From NCBI GenBank assembly GCA_017632775.1, contig JAGBQR010000027.1, positions 5,416-69,415 of the forward strand: a stretch of 64,000 nucleotides of DNA. Direction: 5' to 3'. The notes beneath the pieces were generated by a model. It searched no databases and was not told where the DNA came from. It saw nothing but the letters and a program-made list of their open reading frames with translations. Source of the DNA: Oscillospiraceae bacterium. GTDB lineage: Bacteria; Bacillota; Clostridia; Oscillospirales; Oscillospiraceae. Shown here piece by piece: positions 29,568 through 38,807 of the stretch. The position numbers and the translations under genes were made by a program. Numbering within the stretch: the stretch's first letter is position 1; every line of letters starts with the position of its first letter.

Positions 29568-29756
29568 ATGGCAAAGTGTCAGTTCTGTGATAAGGATATG
29601 GCTTTCGGCATCAAAGTCAGCCACTCCCACAGACGGTCGAACCGTACCTGGAAGCCGAATGTGAAGCGCGTCAAGGCCATCGTGGACGGAACTCCTCAGC
29701 ATGTCTACGTCTGCACCCGCTGCCTTCGCAGCGGAAAGGTCACCCGCGCTGTGTAA
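29568..29756 (+). CDS. rpmB: 50S ribosomal protein L28
   Basis: 62 aa, MAKCQFCDKDMAFGIKVSHSHRRSNRTWKPNVKRV... AGGAGG RBS. Confidence 0.95.
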   Translation: MAKCQFCDKDMAFGIKVSHSHRRSNRTWKPNVKRVKAIVDGTPQHVYVCTRCLRSGKVTRAV

Positions 29757-29842
29757 TTTAATATCATAAAATTACCCGAACAAAGCCTGTCAGTCTTTAT
29801 GAACCGACCGGGCTTTTTTCGGTTCAAGGGGGGTTTTTATCT

Positions 29843-30412
29843 ATGAAGCAGCTGGAAGAAAGGATCCGGACGGAAGGAAGAGTCCTGCCGGGCGGGATCC
29901 TGAAAGTGGACGGCTTTCTGAATCACAGGATCGATACGCAGCTTCTTCACGACATGGCGCTGGAAGTTTCAAGACTGTACGACGGCTGCGGAGTGAACAA
30001 GATCCTCACGGTGGAGGCGTCCGGCATCGCACTGGCCTCCATGACGGGCTATGTGATGGGATGCCCGATGGTGTTTGCCAAGAAGAGCCGCACGAGCAAT
30101 ATCGCAAAAGACGTATATGCCAGTGAAGTGGTATCCTTCACACACGGGAATGTCAGCACGATCATGGTTTCCAAAGAAGTGCTTTCCAGTCAGGACAGGA
30201 TCCTGATCGTAGATGATTTTCTGGCGACAGGGGCAGCGCTGATAGGCCTTCGGGAGATCTGCCGGCTGGCAGGAGCCGAGGTCATCGGAGCAGCGATCTC
30301 CATCGAGAAGGTTTTTCAGGGCGGAGGTGACCGGCTCCGGGCGGAAGGCCTTCGGATCGAATCGCTTGCGCGCATTTCCTCCATGACGGATGACGACCTT
30401 GAATTTTGTTGA
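29843..30412 (+). CDS. xpt: xanthine phosphoribosyltransferase
   Basis: MKQLEERIRTEGRVLPGGILKVDGFLNHRID and PRPP loop ILIVDDFLATGAA. Confidence 0.9.
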   Translation: MKQLEERIRTEGRVLPGGILKVDGFLNHRIDTQLLHDMALEVSRLYDGCGVNKILTVEASGIALASMTGYVMGCPMVFAKKSRTSNIAKDVYASEVVSFTHGNVSTIMVSKEVLSSQDRILIVDDFLATGAALIGLREICRLAGAEVIGAAISIEKVFQGGGDRLRAEGLRIESLARISSMTDDDLEFC

Positions 30413-30462
30413 ATATAACTAAATTTTGAAGGATAAAATGTGAAAAATCAATAAGAAGCCTA

Positions 30463-30490
30463 TTGACTTTTTGCCCCGTTGTGATAGTCT
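30463..30490 (+). promoter_or_regulatory. candidate promoter of the riboswitch-ABC operon: -35 TTGACT, 16-nt spacer, TGn-extended -10 TAGTCT
   Basis: Hexamers at 30463-30468 and 30485-30490, about 30 nt upstream of the aptamer. Confidence 0.4.
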
Positions 30491-30523
30491 ATTCATGTAC
30501 CTTTCAAAAAGTGAACAGCAGCT

Positions 30524-30588
30524 TTCGATATAAGCAAAAAATAAGGTTTTGTGTTTCTACCCGGCACCGTAAATGCCGGACTATCGGA
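30524..30588 (+). promoter_or_regulatory. purine riboswitch aptamer, guanine/hypoxanthine type (C at the specificity position)
   Basis: Folded by hand. P1 30524-30530/30582-30588. P2 GCAAAA/UUUUGU. J2/3 GUUUCUAC is identical to B. subtilis xpt. P3 CCGGCA/UGCCGG with loop CCGUAAA. J3/1 is AC, with C at 30581. Confidence 0.85.
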
Positions 30589-30605
30589 TGGGATGAGAAT
30601 TCATC

Positions 30606-30643
30606 GAAAGCGCAGCCGTATCTCTGCGCTTTCTTTTCTTTTT
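30606..30643 (+). terminator. riboswitch expression-platform terminator
   Basis: GAAAGCGCAG / CTGCGCTTTC arms followed by TTTTCTTTTT. The segment ATCGAAAG (30603-30610) is also complementary to the 5-prime P1 strand CTTTCGAT (30522-29), giving mutually exclusive pairings. Confidence 0.7.
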
Positions 30644-30648
30644 CCTGT

Positions 30649-30687
30649 GCCGAAAGAAGGGATCCTCTTCCTTTCGGCGTTTTTCTT
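30649..30687 (+). terminator. second terminator-like hairpin in the same leader
   Basis: GCCGAAAG / CTTTCGGC outer stem with an imperfect inner stem, followed by GTTTTTCTTC. It lies 50 nt upstream of the ATG. Confidence 0.45.
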
Positions 30688-30737
30688 CTGTATCAACACC
30701 GCCCGGCGGTTTGATAAATAATTATTGGGAGTATGAA

Positions 30738-31937
30738 ATGAAAAAGATCCTTGCTCTTGCACTTGTGCTTGTCATGGTTTTTGCTCTCTGCGCCTGCGGT
30801 TCCGCATCCCAGGGCAAGAAAGATGACGAATCCGGCTTCAAAGTCGGTTTTATTTTCCTGCATGATGAGAACTCCACCTATGATGCAAACTTCATCAATG
30901 CTGCGAACGCCGCCTGCGCGAACCTCGGCGTGACCGGCATCCTGAAGACCAATGTTCCCGAAGGTCAGGAGTGCTATGAAGCGGCTGCCGAGCTCGTCGA
31001 TGCCGGCTGCTCCGTTATCTTTGCGGACAGCTTTGGCCATGAGGACTATATGATCCAGGCTGCAAAGGAATTCCCCAATGTCCAGTTCTGCCATGCGACC
31101 GGGACCAAAGCCCACACCGAAGGCCTGGCCAACTACCACAACGCGTTTGCCTCCATCTATGAAGGCCGCTTCCTCGCCGGTGTCGCTGCCGGTATGAAGC
31201 TCAACGAGATGATCGCCAACGGCGAGTTCACCGCGGAAGAAGCCAAAATGGGCTATGTCGGTGCGTTCACCTATGCGGAAGTCATCTCCGGCTACACCTC
31301 TTTCTACCTCGGTGCCAAGTACATCTGCCCCTCCGTGACCATGGAAGTGACCTTCACGGGCTCCTGGTATGACGAGACGGCTGAAAAAGAAGGCGCCACC
31401 AAGCTCATCAACGACGGCTGCAAGCTCGTCTCCCAGCATGCCGACTCCATGGGCGCGCCCACTGCCTGCGAAAACGCCGGTGTCCCCAATGTCTCCTATA
31501 ACGGCTCCACCGAAAAGGTCGCGCCGAACACCTTCATCGTTTCCTCCCGCATCGACTGGACCCCGTACTTTGAGTTTGCCATCAAGGCCACCCAGAACGG
31601 CGAGGCTATTCCGGCCGACTGGACAGGCACCATTGAGACCGGTTCCGTCGTACTCACGGATGTGAACACCAATGTCGCCGCGGAAGGCACTGTCGAGAAG
31701 ATCGCCGAAGTGAAGGAAGCTCTTCAGGCCGGCACTCTCCATGTGTTTGACACCTCTTTCTTCACTGTGGACGGCGCAGCGAAAGACAGTTACCTTGCTG
31801 ATGTCGATACCGATGCGGCTTATACCGGTGATACGGAAGTTATCTCCGGCGGCTATTTCCACGAGTCCGAGTATCGCTCCGCCCCGTACTTCGATCTCCA
31901 GATCGATGGGATCGACCTCCTCGACGTAGCATTCTGA
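30738..31937 (+). CDS. BMP-family (PnrA/Med-like) ABC substrate-binding lipoprotein, probable nucleoside binding
   Basis: MKKILALALVLVMVFALCAC-G lipobox, and GFKVGFIFLHDENSTYDANF typical of BMP family proteins. Confidence 0.85.
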   Translation: MKKILALALVLVMVFALCACGSASQGKKDDESGFKVGFIFLHDENSTYDANFINAANAACANLGVTGILKTNVPEGQECYEAAAELVDAGCSVIFADSFGHEDYMIQAAKEFPNVQFCHATGTKAHTEGLANYHNAFASIYEGRFLAGVAAGMKLNEMIANGEFTAEEAKMGYVGAFTYAEVISGYTSFYLGAKYICPSVTMEVTFTGSWYDETAEKEGATKLINDGCKLVSQHADSMGAPTACENAGVPNVSYNGSTEKVAPNTFIVSSRIDWTPYFEFAIKATQNGEAIPADWTGTIETGSVVLTDVNTNVAAEGTVEKIAEVKEALQAGTLHVFDTSFFTVDGAAKDSYLADVDTDAAYTGDTEVISGGYFHESEYRSAPYFDLQIDGIDLLDVAF

Positions 31938-31962
31938 TAGAACCGATAAAATGGACTGAACT

Positions 31963-31995
31963 AAAGAAAGCCCTGCACCCGCAGGGCTTTCTTTT
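31963..31995 (+). terminator. intra-operon hairpin/attenuating terminator after the binding-protein gene
   Basis: AAAGAAAGCCCTGC / GCAGGGCTTTCTTT arms, loop ACCC. Confidence 0.6.
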
Positions 31996-32022
31996 GACTC
32001 TGTTTCTCTCTGGAGGAAATGA

Positions 32023-33552
32023 ATGGATAACCGTATCCCTGCTGTTAAAATGCGAAACATCACCAAGCGTTTCGGCTCCGTAGTCGCCAACGACAAGTGC
32101 TGGCTGGATGTCTATCGGGGCGAGATCCTTGCGCTTCTGGGAGAGAACGGCTCCGGGAAGACCACACTGATGAACATGCTCTCCGGGATCTATTTTCCGG
32201 ACGAGGGGACGATCGCGATCGACGGAAAAGAGGTGGTGATCGCATCCCCGAAGGATGCCTTCGATCTGGGGATCGGCATGATCCATCAGCATTATAAGCT
32301 CGTGGATGTGTTTACAGCCGCGGAGAATATCGTTCTCGGGCTGCCCGGAAAACTGGATATGCGTACTGCTTCCGCAAAGATCCGGGAGATCTGCGGGAAA
32401 TACGGGTTTGAAGTGGATCCGGATATGAAGATCTACGATATGTCTGTTTCACAGAAGCAGACTGTGGAGATCGTAAAGGTGCTCTATCGCGGAGCGGATA
32501 TCCTGATCCTGGACGAACCGACTGCGGTGCTCACACCGCAGGAAACAGACCGGCTTTTTGCCGTTCTTCGCAATATGCGCGATGACGGAAAAGCCATCGT
32601 GATCATCACCCATAAAATGCATGAGGTCGAAGACCTCTCCGACCGTGTCGCCGTGCTCCGGAAAGGGCAGTTTACCGGCGATATGCTGACAAAGAATACA
32701 AATGCGCAGGAAATGACCAATATGATGGTAGGCCGTCCTGTCGCACTGAACATAAACCGTACGGAGCCGGAAGATCCGAAACCCAGGATCCAGGTCCGGG
32801 ATCTTACGGTGCGCGATATGGAAGGAACGCTGAAGCTCGACCATGTCAGTTTTACCGCGTGTTCCGGGGAGATCCTCGGGATCGCCGGCATCTCCGGCTG
32901 CGGACAGAAGGAACTGCTGGAAGCCATTGCGGGCCTGCAGCCGGTGGAGACCGGCGATATCTCCTATGTCGAATCCGACGGGAGCGAAGAAAGCCTGATC
33001 GGGAAAGACCCGCTGGATATCAAGAAGATGGGCGTCGCGCTCTCCTTCGTCCCGGAGGACCGGCTGGGCATGGGACTCGTGGGATCGATGGACCTCGGGG
33101 ACAACGTGATGCTTCGTTCCTACAGTGAAGGGAACAGTGTTTTTACAGACCGGAAGAAGTCCTATAAAGTTGCCAGAGGGATCGTGGAGTACTTTGATGT
33201 GGTGACTCCCTCTGTCGAGACCCCGGTGCGCAGGCTTTCCGGAGGAAACGTCCAGAAAGTCCTGGTGGGACGGGAGATCGTAAACGCACCGAAGGTGCTG
33301 CTTACCGCGTACGCCACCCGCGGACTGGATATCAACTCTTCCTATCAGATCTACGAAACGATTTCTGAACAGAAAAGAAAGGGCGTTGCCGTGATCTATG
33401 TCGGCGAAGATCTGGATGTGCTGGTGGAACTCTGCGACCGGATCCTTGTCCTCTGCGGAGGCAGGGTGAGCGGCGTGGTGGACGGAAGAAAGACCAACAA
33501 GCGGGAGATCGGAGCAATGATGACCAGATTGGGAGGAGAAGGCCGTGGATAA
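32023..33552 (+). CDS. ABC transporter ATP-binding protein (duplicated ATPase, BMP-type system)
   Basis: Walker A GENGSGKTT and GISGCGQKE. Signature LSGGNVQK. Confidence 0.9.
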   Translation: MDNRIPAVKMRNITKRFGSVVANDKCWLDVYRGEILALLGENGSGKTTLMNMLSGIYFPDEGTIAIDGKEVVIASPKDAFDLGIGMIHQHYKLVDVFTAAENIVLGLPGKLDMRTASAKIREICGKYGFEVDPDMKIYDMSVSQKQTVEIVKVLYRGADILILDEPTAVLTPQETDRLFAVLRNMRDDGKAIVIITHKMHEVEDLSDRVAVLRKGQFTGDMLTKNTNAQEMTNMMVGRPVALNINRTEPEDPKPRIQVRDLTVRDMEGTLKLDHVSFTACSGEILGIAGISGCGQKELLEAIAGLQPVETGDISYVESDGSEESLIGKDPLDIKKMGVALSFVPEDRLGMGLVGSMDLGDNVMLRSYSEGNSVFTDRKKSYKVARGIVEYFDVVTPSVETPVRRLSGGNVQKVLVGREIVNAPKVLLTAYATRGLDINSSYQIYETISEQKRKGVAVIYVGEDLDVLVELCDRILVLCGGRVSGVVDGRKTNKREIGAMMTRLGGEGRG

Positions 33553-34642
33553 AAGGAAAGAACCTCTGATCCATATCACCAAACGGGGTGCCGTAGCTCC
33601 GGGGCGTGCCTGGGCGATCCGCGTCGGTGCGATCATTGCTGCGCTTCTCGTCTGTGCCGTTGTGACTACGCTCACGACAGGCATCAATCCGTTCGCGGTA
33701 TTCGGGGCCATCTTCGAGGGGGCATTCGGAACAAACAGAAAGATCTGGATGCTTCTGCAGAACATGGCGATCCTTCTCTGTGTTTCCCTGGCGGTAACGC
33801 CTGCGTTCAAAATGCGCTGCTGGAACCTTGGAGCGGAAGGTCAGGTCCTGATCGGCGGCCTGGCAACGGCCTCCTGCATGATCCTTCTCCGTGATGCGCT
33901 GCCGGGATGGCTGCTGATCGCTGTAATGGTCATCTCCGCGATCCTGGCCGGAGCTGTCTGGGCCGGGATCCCGGCACTGTTCAAGGCGAAGTTCAATACG
34001 AATGAAACGCTGTTCACGCTCATGATGAATTACGTTGCCACACAGCTCGTGGCATATTTCGTGATCCTCTGGGAAGTCCCCAAGGGAGCGGGAAAGATCG
34101 GGATCATCAACCAGAACACGCAGATCGGATGGCTGCCACAGATCGGTTCCAGCAAGTATCTGCTGAACATTCTTGTGGTGGCGGTCATCACAGGCCTCAT
34201 GTTCGTGTATCTGCGTTATTCCAAACACGGGTATGAGATCTCTGTTGTCGGAGAGAGTGAAAGAACGGCAAGATACATCGGGATCAAAGTCGAGAAGGTG
34301 ATCATCCGCACCATGCTTCTCTCCGGAGCGATCTGCGGCGTGGCCGGTCTGCTGCTGGTGGGCGGAACGGATCACACCATCACCACCTCCATAGCCGGCG
34401 GGCGCGGCTTCACAGCGGTCATGGTTTCATGGCTGGCAAAGTTCAATCCGCTGATGATGATCCTTACAAGCTTCCTGCTTGTTCTGCTGGAAAGAGGAGC
34501 GGGAGAGATCTCCACGAATTTCGGGCTGAACAGGTCGTTCTCGGATATTCTCACCGGAATCATCCTGTTTTTCATTATCGGAAGCGAGTTCTTCATTCAG
34601 TATAAAGTCAACTTCCGGAAGACGGCAAAGGAGGAAAAGTGA
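33545..34642 (+). CDS. ABC transporter permease
   Basis: Polytopic protein. GTG 33545 overlaps the upstream stop, with a GGAGG RBS. Confidence 0.8.
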   Translation: MDKRKEPLIHITKRGAVAPGRAWAIRVGAIIAALLVCAVVTTLTTGINPFAVFGAIFEGAFGTNRKIWMLLQNMAILLCVSLAVTPAFKMRCWNLGAEGQVLIGGLATASCMILLRDALPGWLLIAVMVISAILAGAVWAGIPALFKAKFNTNETLFTLMMNYVATQLVAYFVILWEVPKGAGKIGIINQNTQIGWLPQIGSSKYLLNILVVAVITGLMFVYLRYSKHGYEISVVGESERTARYIGIKVEKVIIRTMLLSGAICGVAGLLLVGGTDHTITTSIAGGRGFTAVMVSWLAKFNPLMMILTSFLLVLLERGAGEISTNFGLNRSFSDILTGIILFFIIGSEFFIQYKVNFRKTAKEEK

Positions 34643-35631
34643 TGTTTGATGTTGTTGCGTTCATTCCCCGCGCCGTGATGCAGGGGATCCCCCTGATGCT
34701 CGGCTGTACAGGAGAGACGCTGACTGAAAAGTCGGGGAATCTGAACCTGGGAACTGCCGGCGTGATGTATGTCGGAGGGATCTGCGGCGTTATCGGAGCG
34801 TTTCTGTATGAAAACGGTGCAGGGGCATCAAAAATGAACGGATTCCTTGCGATCGCGATCCCCCTTGTCTGCTGCCTGCTTGGTTCTCTGCTGATGGGAC
34901 TGCTCTATTGTTTTCTCACAGTATCTCTTCGGGCGAACCAGAATGTCACGGGTCTGGCGCTGACGACTTTCGGTGTGGGCTTCGGAAACTTCTTCGGAGG
35001 ATCGCTTATCAAGCTCACAGGGTCGGAGGTCGCTTCACTGGCGCTTTCTTCCACAAGCAATTATTACAGGGCCAGTCTTCCGTTCGCGTCTGATCTAGGC
35101 TGGTTCGGCAAGATCTTTCTTTCCTATGGTTTTCTTGCTTATCTGGCCGTTGTGATCGCTCTGGTAAGTTCGTATTTTCTGAAAAGGACCCGCACAGGTC
35201 TGCAGCTTCGCGCGGTCGGTGAGAATCCGGCAACGGCGGATGCGGCCGGCATCAATGTGAACCGTTACAAGTACCGCGCGACATGCATCGGAAGTATGGT
35301 TGCGGGACTTGGAGGACTCTACTATGTGATGGATTATGCCAACGGGGTCTGGTCAAACGATGCGTTCGGAGACCGCGGCTGGCTTGCTATCGCGCTGGTC
35401 ATCTTCACGATCTGGCGCCCGAATGTGGGAGTGCTTGCTTCGATCCTCTTCGGAGGCCTGTACATCCTTTATCTGTTCATCCCCAGCAGCAATTTCGCCA
35501 TCAAGGAGCTCTACAAGATGCTTCCCTATGTTGTGACGATCATTGTACTGGTCCTGACGAGCATGAAGAAAAAGAGAGAGAATCAGCCACCCGCTTCCCT
35601 CGGACTGGCGTACTTCAGGGAAGAACGCTGA
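34642..35631 (+). CDS. ABC transporter permease
   Basis: Polytopic protein. ATG 34642 overlaps the upstream TGA (TGATG). The ORF track starts at GTG 34639. Confidence 0.8.
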   Translation: MFDVVAFIPRAVMQGIPLMLGCTGETLTEKSGNLNLGTAGVMYVGGICGVIGAFLYENGAGASKMNGFLAIAIPLVCCLLGSLLMGLLYCFLTVSLRANQNVTGLALTTFGVGFGNFFGGSLIKLTGSEVASLALSSTSNYYRASLPFASDLGWFGKIFLSYGFLAYLAVVIALVSSYFLKRTRTGLQLRAVGENPATADAAGINVNRYKYRATCIGSMVAGLGGLYYVMDYANGVWSNDAFGDRGWLAIALVIFTIWRPNVGVLASILFGGLYILYLFIPSSNFAIKELYKMLPYVVTIIVLVLTSMKKKRENQPPASLGLAYFREER

Positions 35632-35660
35632 AGGGAAACGATATAACGATAGAATAAGAG

Positions 35661-35701
35661 AAACAGGAAGGGCGAACCATATTGGTTCGCCCTTCCTGTT
35701 T
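35661..35701. terminator. bidirectional terminator
   Basis: Perfect 19-bp arms AAACAGGAAGGGCGAACCA / TGGTTCGCCCTTCCTGTTT, loop TAT. Confidence 0.75.
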
Positions 35702-35713
35702 CCCGGCAGCAGC

Positions 35714-37132
35714 TCAGGATTCATCGGGTTCCGGTTCCCGCAGATCCGCAACGGGAACGACTTCGGAAGAATGGAGTGCGAAGTAGAGCGCTTCGTCGAT
35801 CTCCTGGATCTCGTATTCATCCTTGCCGGTGAAGGCCAGCAGGTAAGGAAAACCGTCCGCGCCGCGAAGCAGAAGGGATGGCGCGTAGGAGATGCTTTTT
35901 TCAGGCGGGGAGGAAACGCTGCTCTCTTCGTCGATCAGCTTGGAGAGAGGAGTATAGGCGGGGTAACCGTACGGAAAGCGGAGATAAAAACACAAACGGG
36001 TGTTTTCCAGATCAAAATATGCGGAATACGTGCCGTAGTACTCTGAAAAGACGGATTCCAGCGAAAGAGGATTGTTTTTATAGAGAAGCTGACCCTTTCG
36101 CACAGTGAGCGATCTGCCGGAGAAGAGTGTTGACGCCCTGGATGAGATGCTTTTCAGGATCTTGAAGCAGATCTCGTATTCTTCCCGGACCTGGAAAGAG
36201 TCGGCGGTGAAATCGTCCTGAAAATCCGGATACCAGCGCCGGAGCATGCCTTCGTTTTTATCCGTAAGACCGCGTGAGGCGGAAGGAATAAGCGTATAGT
36301 ATTCATTCAGGAACTCTGTAAAAACACCGGGTTCAGCCATCAGAACGGGAAGAAGAGGTTCATAGCAGCCGGAAGGATCGGACAGATAACGATCCAGAAC
36401 CGGACCGATATAGCGGCAGTTTTCCTGCATCAGCCGCATCACGGTGATACGGGAACGTGAGATGACGCTCTGCTCAAGCCATCCGGTCGCGAGTCTTCCT
36501 TTGAAACTGGCCGTACCGTTCCCGATATGCACCGAATCGATGCTCTCAAGAAAGGTGAGTTCCGGTGTATAGGTAAATAGAAGATCTTCCTTTTTGATCT
36601 GCAGAATGCCTGCCAGCCGGGAGGACAGCAGCCGGTTTACGGAAACCGCATGTCCCAGGATCACGACATCGACAGGGCGGACGGTAAGCGTGCCGTCGGA
36701 AAATGTCATCCTGCAGGGGACGCGGAATGCCAGCCTTGACCTGAAAAGCTCCGCTTCCACATCCAGAACGATCCCGTCCTCCTCCGTCAGTTCAAGGCCG
36801 AGTCCGGTGAGACGGAGATGTATGGCTGAAAGGGATTCGTTTTTCTCTTCTATCCAGTTTTCACCGTAATAGTGCAGAAGAAAGTACCAGAGATCGTTTT
36901 TGTCAAAGACAAGGGTCATGTTCGCATCGGCATCGAAGGAGAGGTGATCTGCCGAACCGGTGGATGCTGTTTCCGCACAGGTGCGTATATCGTCCAGAAC
37001 GAGAGGTTCCTTCGCCAGTTTGTCCCGTATCAGGAAGATGGCTGCGGCAAGAGCGAGGATCACGGCCAGAAACATCCAGCCGATCACGGAAAACAGGACA
37101 TGGCCGAAGGTTTTTTTCTTCTTTTTTCTCAT
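35714..37132 (-). CDS. hypothetical membrane-anchored protein (472 aa)
   Basis: MRKKKKKTFGHVLFSVIGWMFLAVILALAAAIFLI N-terminal anchor followed by a large soluble part with no motif I recognise. Confidence 0.65.
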   Translation of the reverse strand: MRKKKKKTFGHVLFSVIGWMFLAVILALAAAIFLIRDKLAKEPLVLDDIRTCAETASTGSADHLSFDADANMTLVFDKNDLWYFLLHYYGENWIEEKNESLSAIHLRLTGLGLELTEEDGIVLDVEAELFRSRLAFRVPCRMTFSDGTLTVRPVDVVILGHAVSVNRLLSSRLAGILQIKKEDLLFTYTPELTFLESIDSVHIGNGTASFKGRLATGWLEQSVISRSRITVMRLMQENCRYIGPVLDRYLSDPSGCYEPLLPVLMAEPGVFTEFLNEYYTLIPSASRGLTDKNEGMLRRWYPDFQDDFTADSFQVREEYEICFKILKSISSRASTLFSGRSLTVRKGQLLYKNNPLSLESVFSEYYGTYSAYFDLENTRLCFYLRFPYGYPAYTPLSKLIDEESSVSSPPEKSISYAPSLLLRGADGFPYLLAFTGKDEYEIQEIDEALYFALHSSEVVPVADLREPEPDES

Positions 37133-37157
37133 ATTCGTTCAGAAATGCGGTTCGAAA

Positions 37158-37685
37158 TCATTTCCCCTCATAGATGACGACGCTGTCGACATCATAGTCC
37201 TTCAGTTTTTCCCGGCCTTTCAGTCCGGCAAGTTCCATCAGGAAAAGCACCTTTACGACCGTTCCGCCAAGCTCTTCGACCAGTTTGCAGGCGGCTTCCG
37301 CAGATCCTCCAGTAGCGATCAGATCGTCGATCACGACAACGCGCTGGCCGGGAAGGATGGCATCACGGTGTATCTCGATCGAGGCAGAACCGTATTCCAG
37401 GTCATAGCTGCGGGAAACCGTCTCGCGGGGCAGCTTGCCTTTTTTACGGACCATCACAAAACCTTTTCCGAGCGCATAGGCTACCGGCATCCCGAAAACG
37501 AAACCGCGGGATTCCAGACCAGCCACGACATCAAAATCCACACCGTCAAGTTTCCGGATAAGTTCATCGATCGCGAGTTTCAGTCCGTCGGGATCCTGAA
37601 CGACAGAGGTGACATCCCGGAAAATGATCCCGGGTTCCGGAAAATCAGGAATACTTTTCACATAATCGTCGACTGTTTTCATCAT
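37158..37685 (-). CDS. apt: adenine phosphoribosyltransferase
   Basis: IPDFPEPGIIFRDVT and PRPP loop VVVIDDLIATGGS. Confidence 0.92.
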   Translation of the reverse strand: MMKTVDDYVKSIPDFPEPGIIFRDVTSVVQDPDGLKLAIDELIRKLDGVDFDVVAGLESRGFVFGMPVAYALGKGFVMVRKKGKLPRETVSRSYDLEYGSASIEIHRDAILPGQRVVVIDDLIATGGSAEAACKLVEELGGTVVKVLFLMELAGLKGREKLKDYDVDSVVIYEGK

Positions 37686-37793
37686 TGACCTCCAAAGATA
37701 ATTCGAAAAAAATAAAGGATAATAGAGATAATGCAGTATAGCATACAGCGGTTTGGCTGTTCAAGAAAAACACGGAAGAAAATCGTCCTCCGA

Positions 37794-38807
37794 TCATCCG
37801 GATGAACGGGACTGTTTTCTGTCCGCTCGTGCAAGATGGATCAGGCGCGTGGTGAGCCCTGCCATCATGACCAGCCAGAAGGCCATGGAGATATAACAGG
37901 AGAGATACCAGTCTCCGTGCCGCTGGACCAGATATTCGCTGACACCTGCTCCTCCGAGCGAGATAAGCCAGAGAAGCCAGACCAGAGCGAAGCGCGGGCG
38001 AAAGCCTTCTTTCCGGATCACGCGTATGCTGGCGATCACAAGGACAGCGAGCATGAAAACACCGCACACAGTCTGTACGATGCTGACAAAGCCGTTGAGA
38101 CGGGTAAAGCTGGAATCATAACGCGTACTGTCGGCAAGGACTTCGATGGCGCTGTACCAGGTGAGAAACAGCAGCCAGATATCTCCTCTGCGGCTCTGGG
38201 CAGTCTTTTCTGACGAGGTGTCCTGCCTTGAAAGGATGATCAGAAGGGCAGCCAGAAGGAAAGCAAGAACGATCGCCTCGGCGAAAAAGGTCGCGAAGCG
38301 GTATTCTCTGTTGCCGGCGGCATCCAGGATCTCTGCGGCGAACGGAAGACGCTGGAGAGAAGGAGCGGTCACCGTGATCTTGCTCCGGCAGGAGGTGTTG
38401 AAAAGAGAGGAGAGCCGGATGAAAATGAACAGGAGCACTGTTCCCGGAGCCAGACAGTCAAGCAGCAGAGGGACCTCACTGCGGAACCGGAAGGGGAAAA
38501 GAAGAAGGACCGAAAAAAGGATCGCAAAAAGGACCCCGGTCAGAACAAAACCGCCGGCGCGGAAATTCGTAAAAGCAGAAGAAAGACCTGCATACTGCTC
38601 CGTATGGCAGTACCAGTGGAGCATGCGGGAGAACAGGACAGAGAAGATGACGGACAGGGGAAGAAACAGGCAGAGCGCGGCAGCACGGCCGTTCCGTGCC
38701 CGGAAGAGCGACCAGGTCAGGCTGAGACACGCAGCGGCGGCGAAAGCGAGGATCACACTGCTGTAGGAGACAGAAAAATCTCCGGAACTGTACAGGATCG
38801 CATTCAT
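37794..38807 (-). CDS. hypothetical polytopic membrane protein (337 aa)
   Basis: Many hydrophobic helices. The start overlaps the upstream stop (ATGA). No catalytic motif recognised. Confidence 0.65.
   Translation of the reverse strand: MNAILYSSGDFSVSYSSVILAFAAAACLSLTWSLFRARNGRAAALCLFLPLSVIFSVLFSRMLHWYCHTEQYAGLSSAFTNFRAGGFVLTGVLFAILFSVLLLFPFRFRSEVPLLLDCLAPGTVLLFIFIRLSSLFNTSCRSKITVTAPSLQRLPFAAEILDAAGNREYRFATFFAEAIVLAFLLAALLIILSRQDTSSEKTAQSRRGDIWLLFLTWYSAIEVLADSTRYDSSFTRLNGFVSIVQTVCGVFMLAVLVIASIRVIRKEGFRPRFALVWLLWLISLGGAGVSEYLVQRHGDWYLSCYISMAFWLVMMAGLTTRLIHLARADRKQSRSSG

Noticed and set aside
28377-29702. N-terminally extended ORF-track models (hprK to 29702, serine hydrolase to 41796, MFS to 9758, lipase to 55618, RHH protein from 57436, lipoprotein from 13663).
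   Set aside because: The extensions run through upstream intergenic or neighbouring coding sequence and lack RBSs. Internal ATGs with RBSs give proteins that begin at the expected family N-termini or signal peptides.
30463-30714. An 83-aa ORF upstream of the BMP lipoprotein gene.
   Set aside because: It spans the purine riboswitch aptamer and two terminator hairpins, has a TTG start and no RBS, and the region is better explained as an RNA leader.
5884-33810. A family of other long antisense ORFs (5884-7017, 8475-9656, 12003-13835, 15411-16955, 18201-19637, 20673-21908, 22108-24132, 26388-27398, 28104-29339, 32449-33810).
   Set aside because: Each is in the codon-aligned antisense frame of a well-supported housekeeping gene; I checked the offsets and all are multiples of 3. 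They lack RBSs and motifs. They are a compositional artefact, not overlapping genes.
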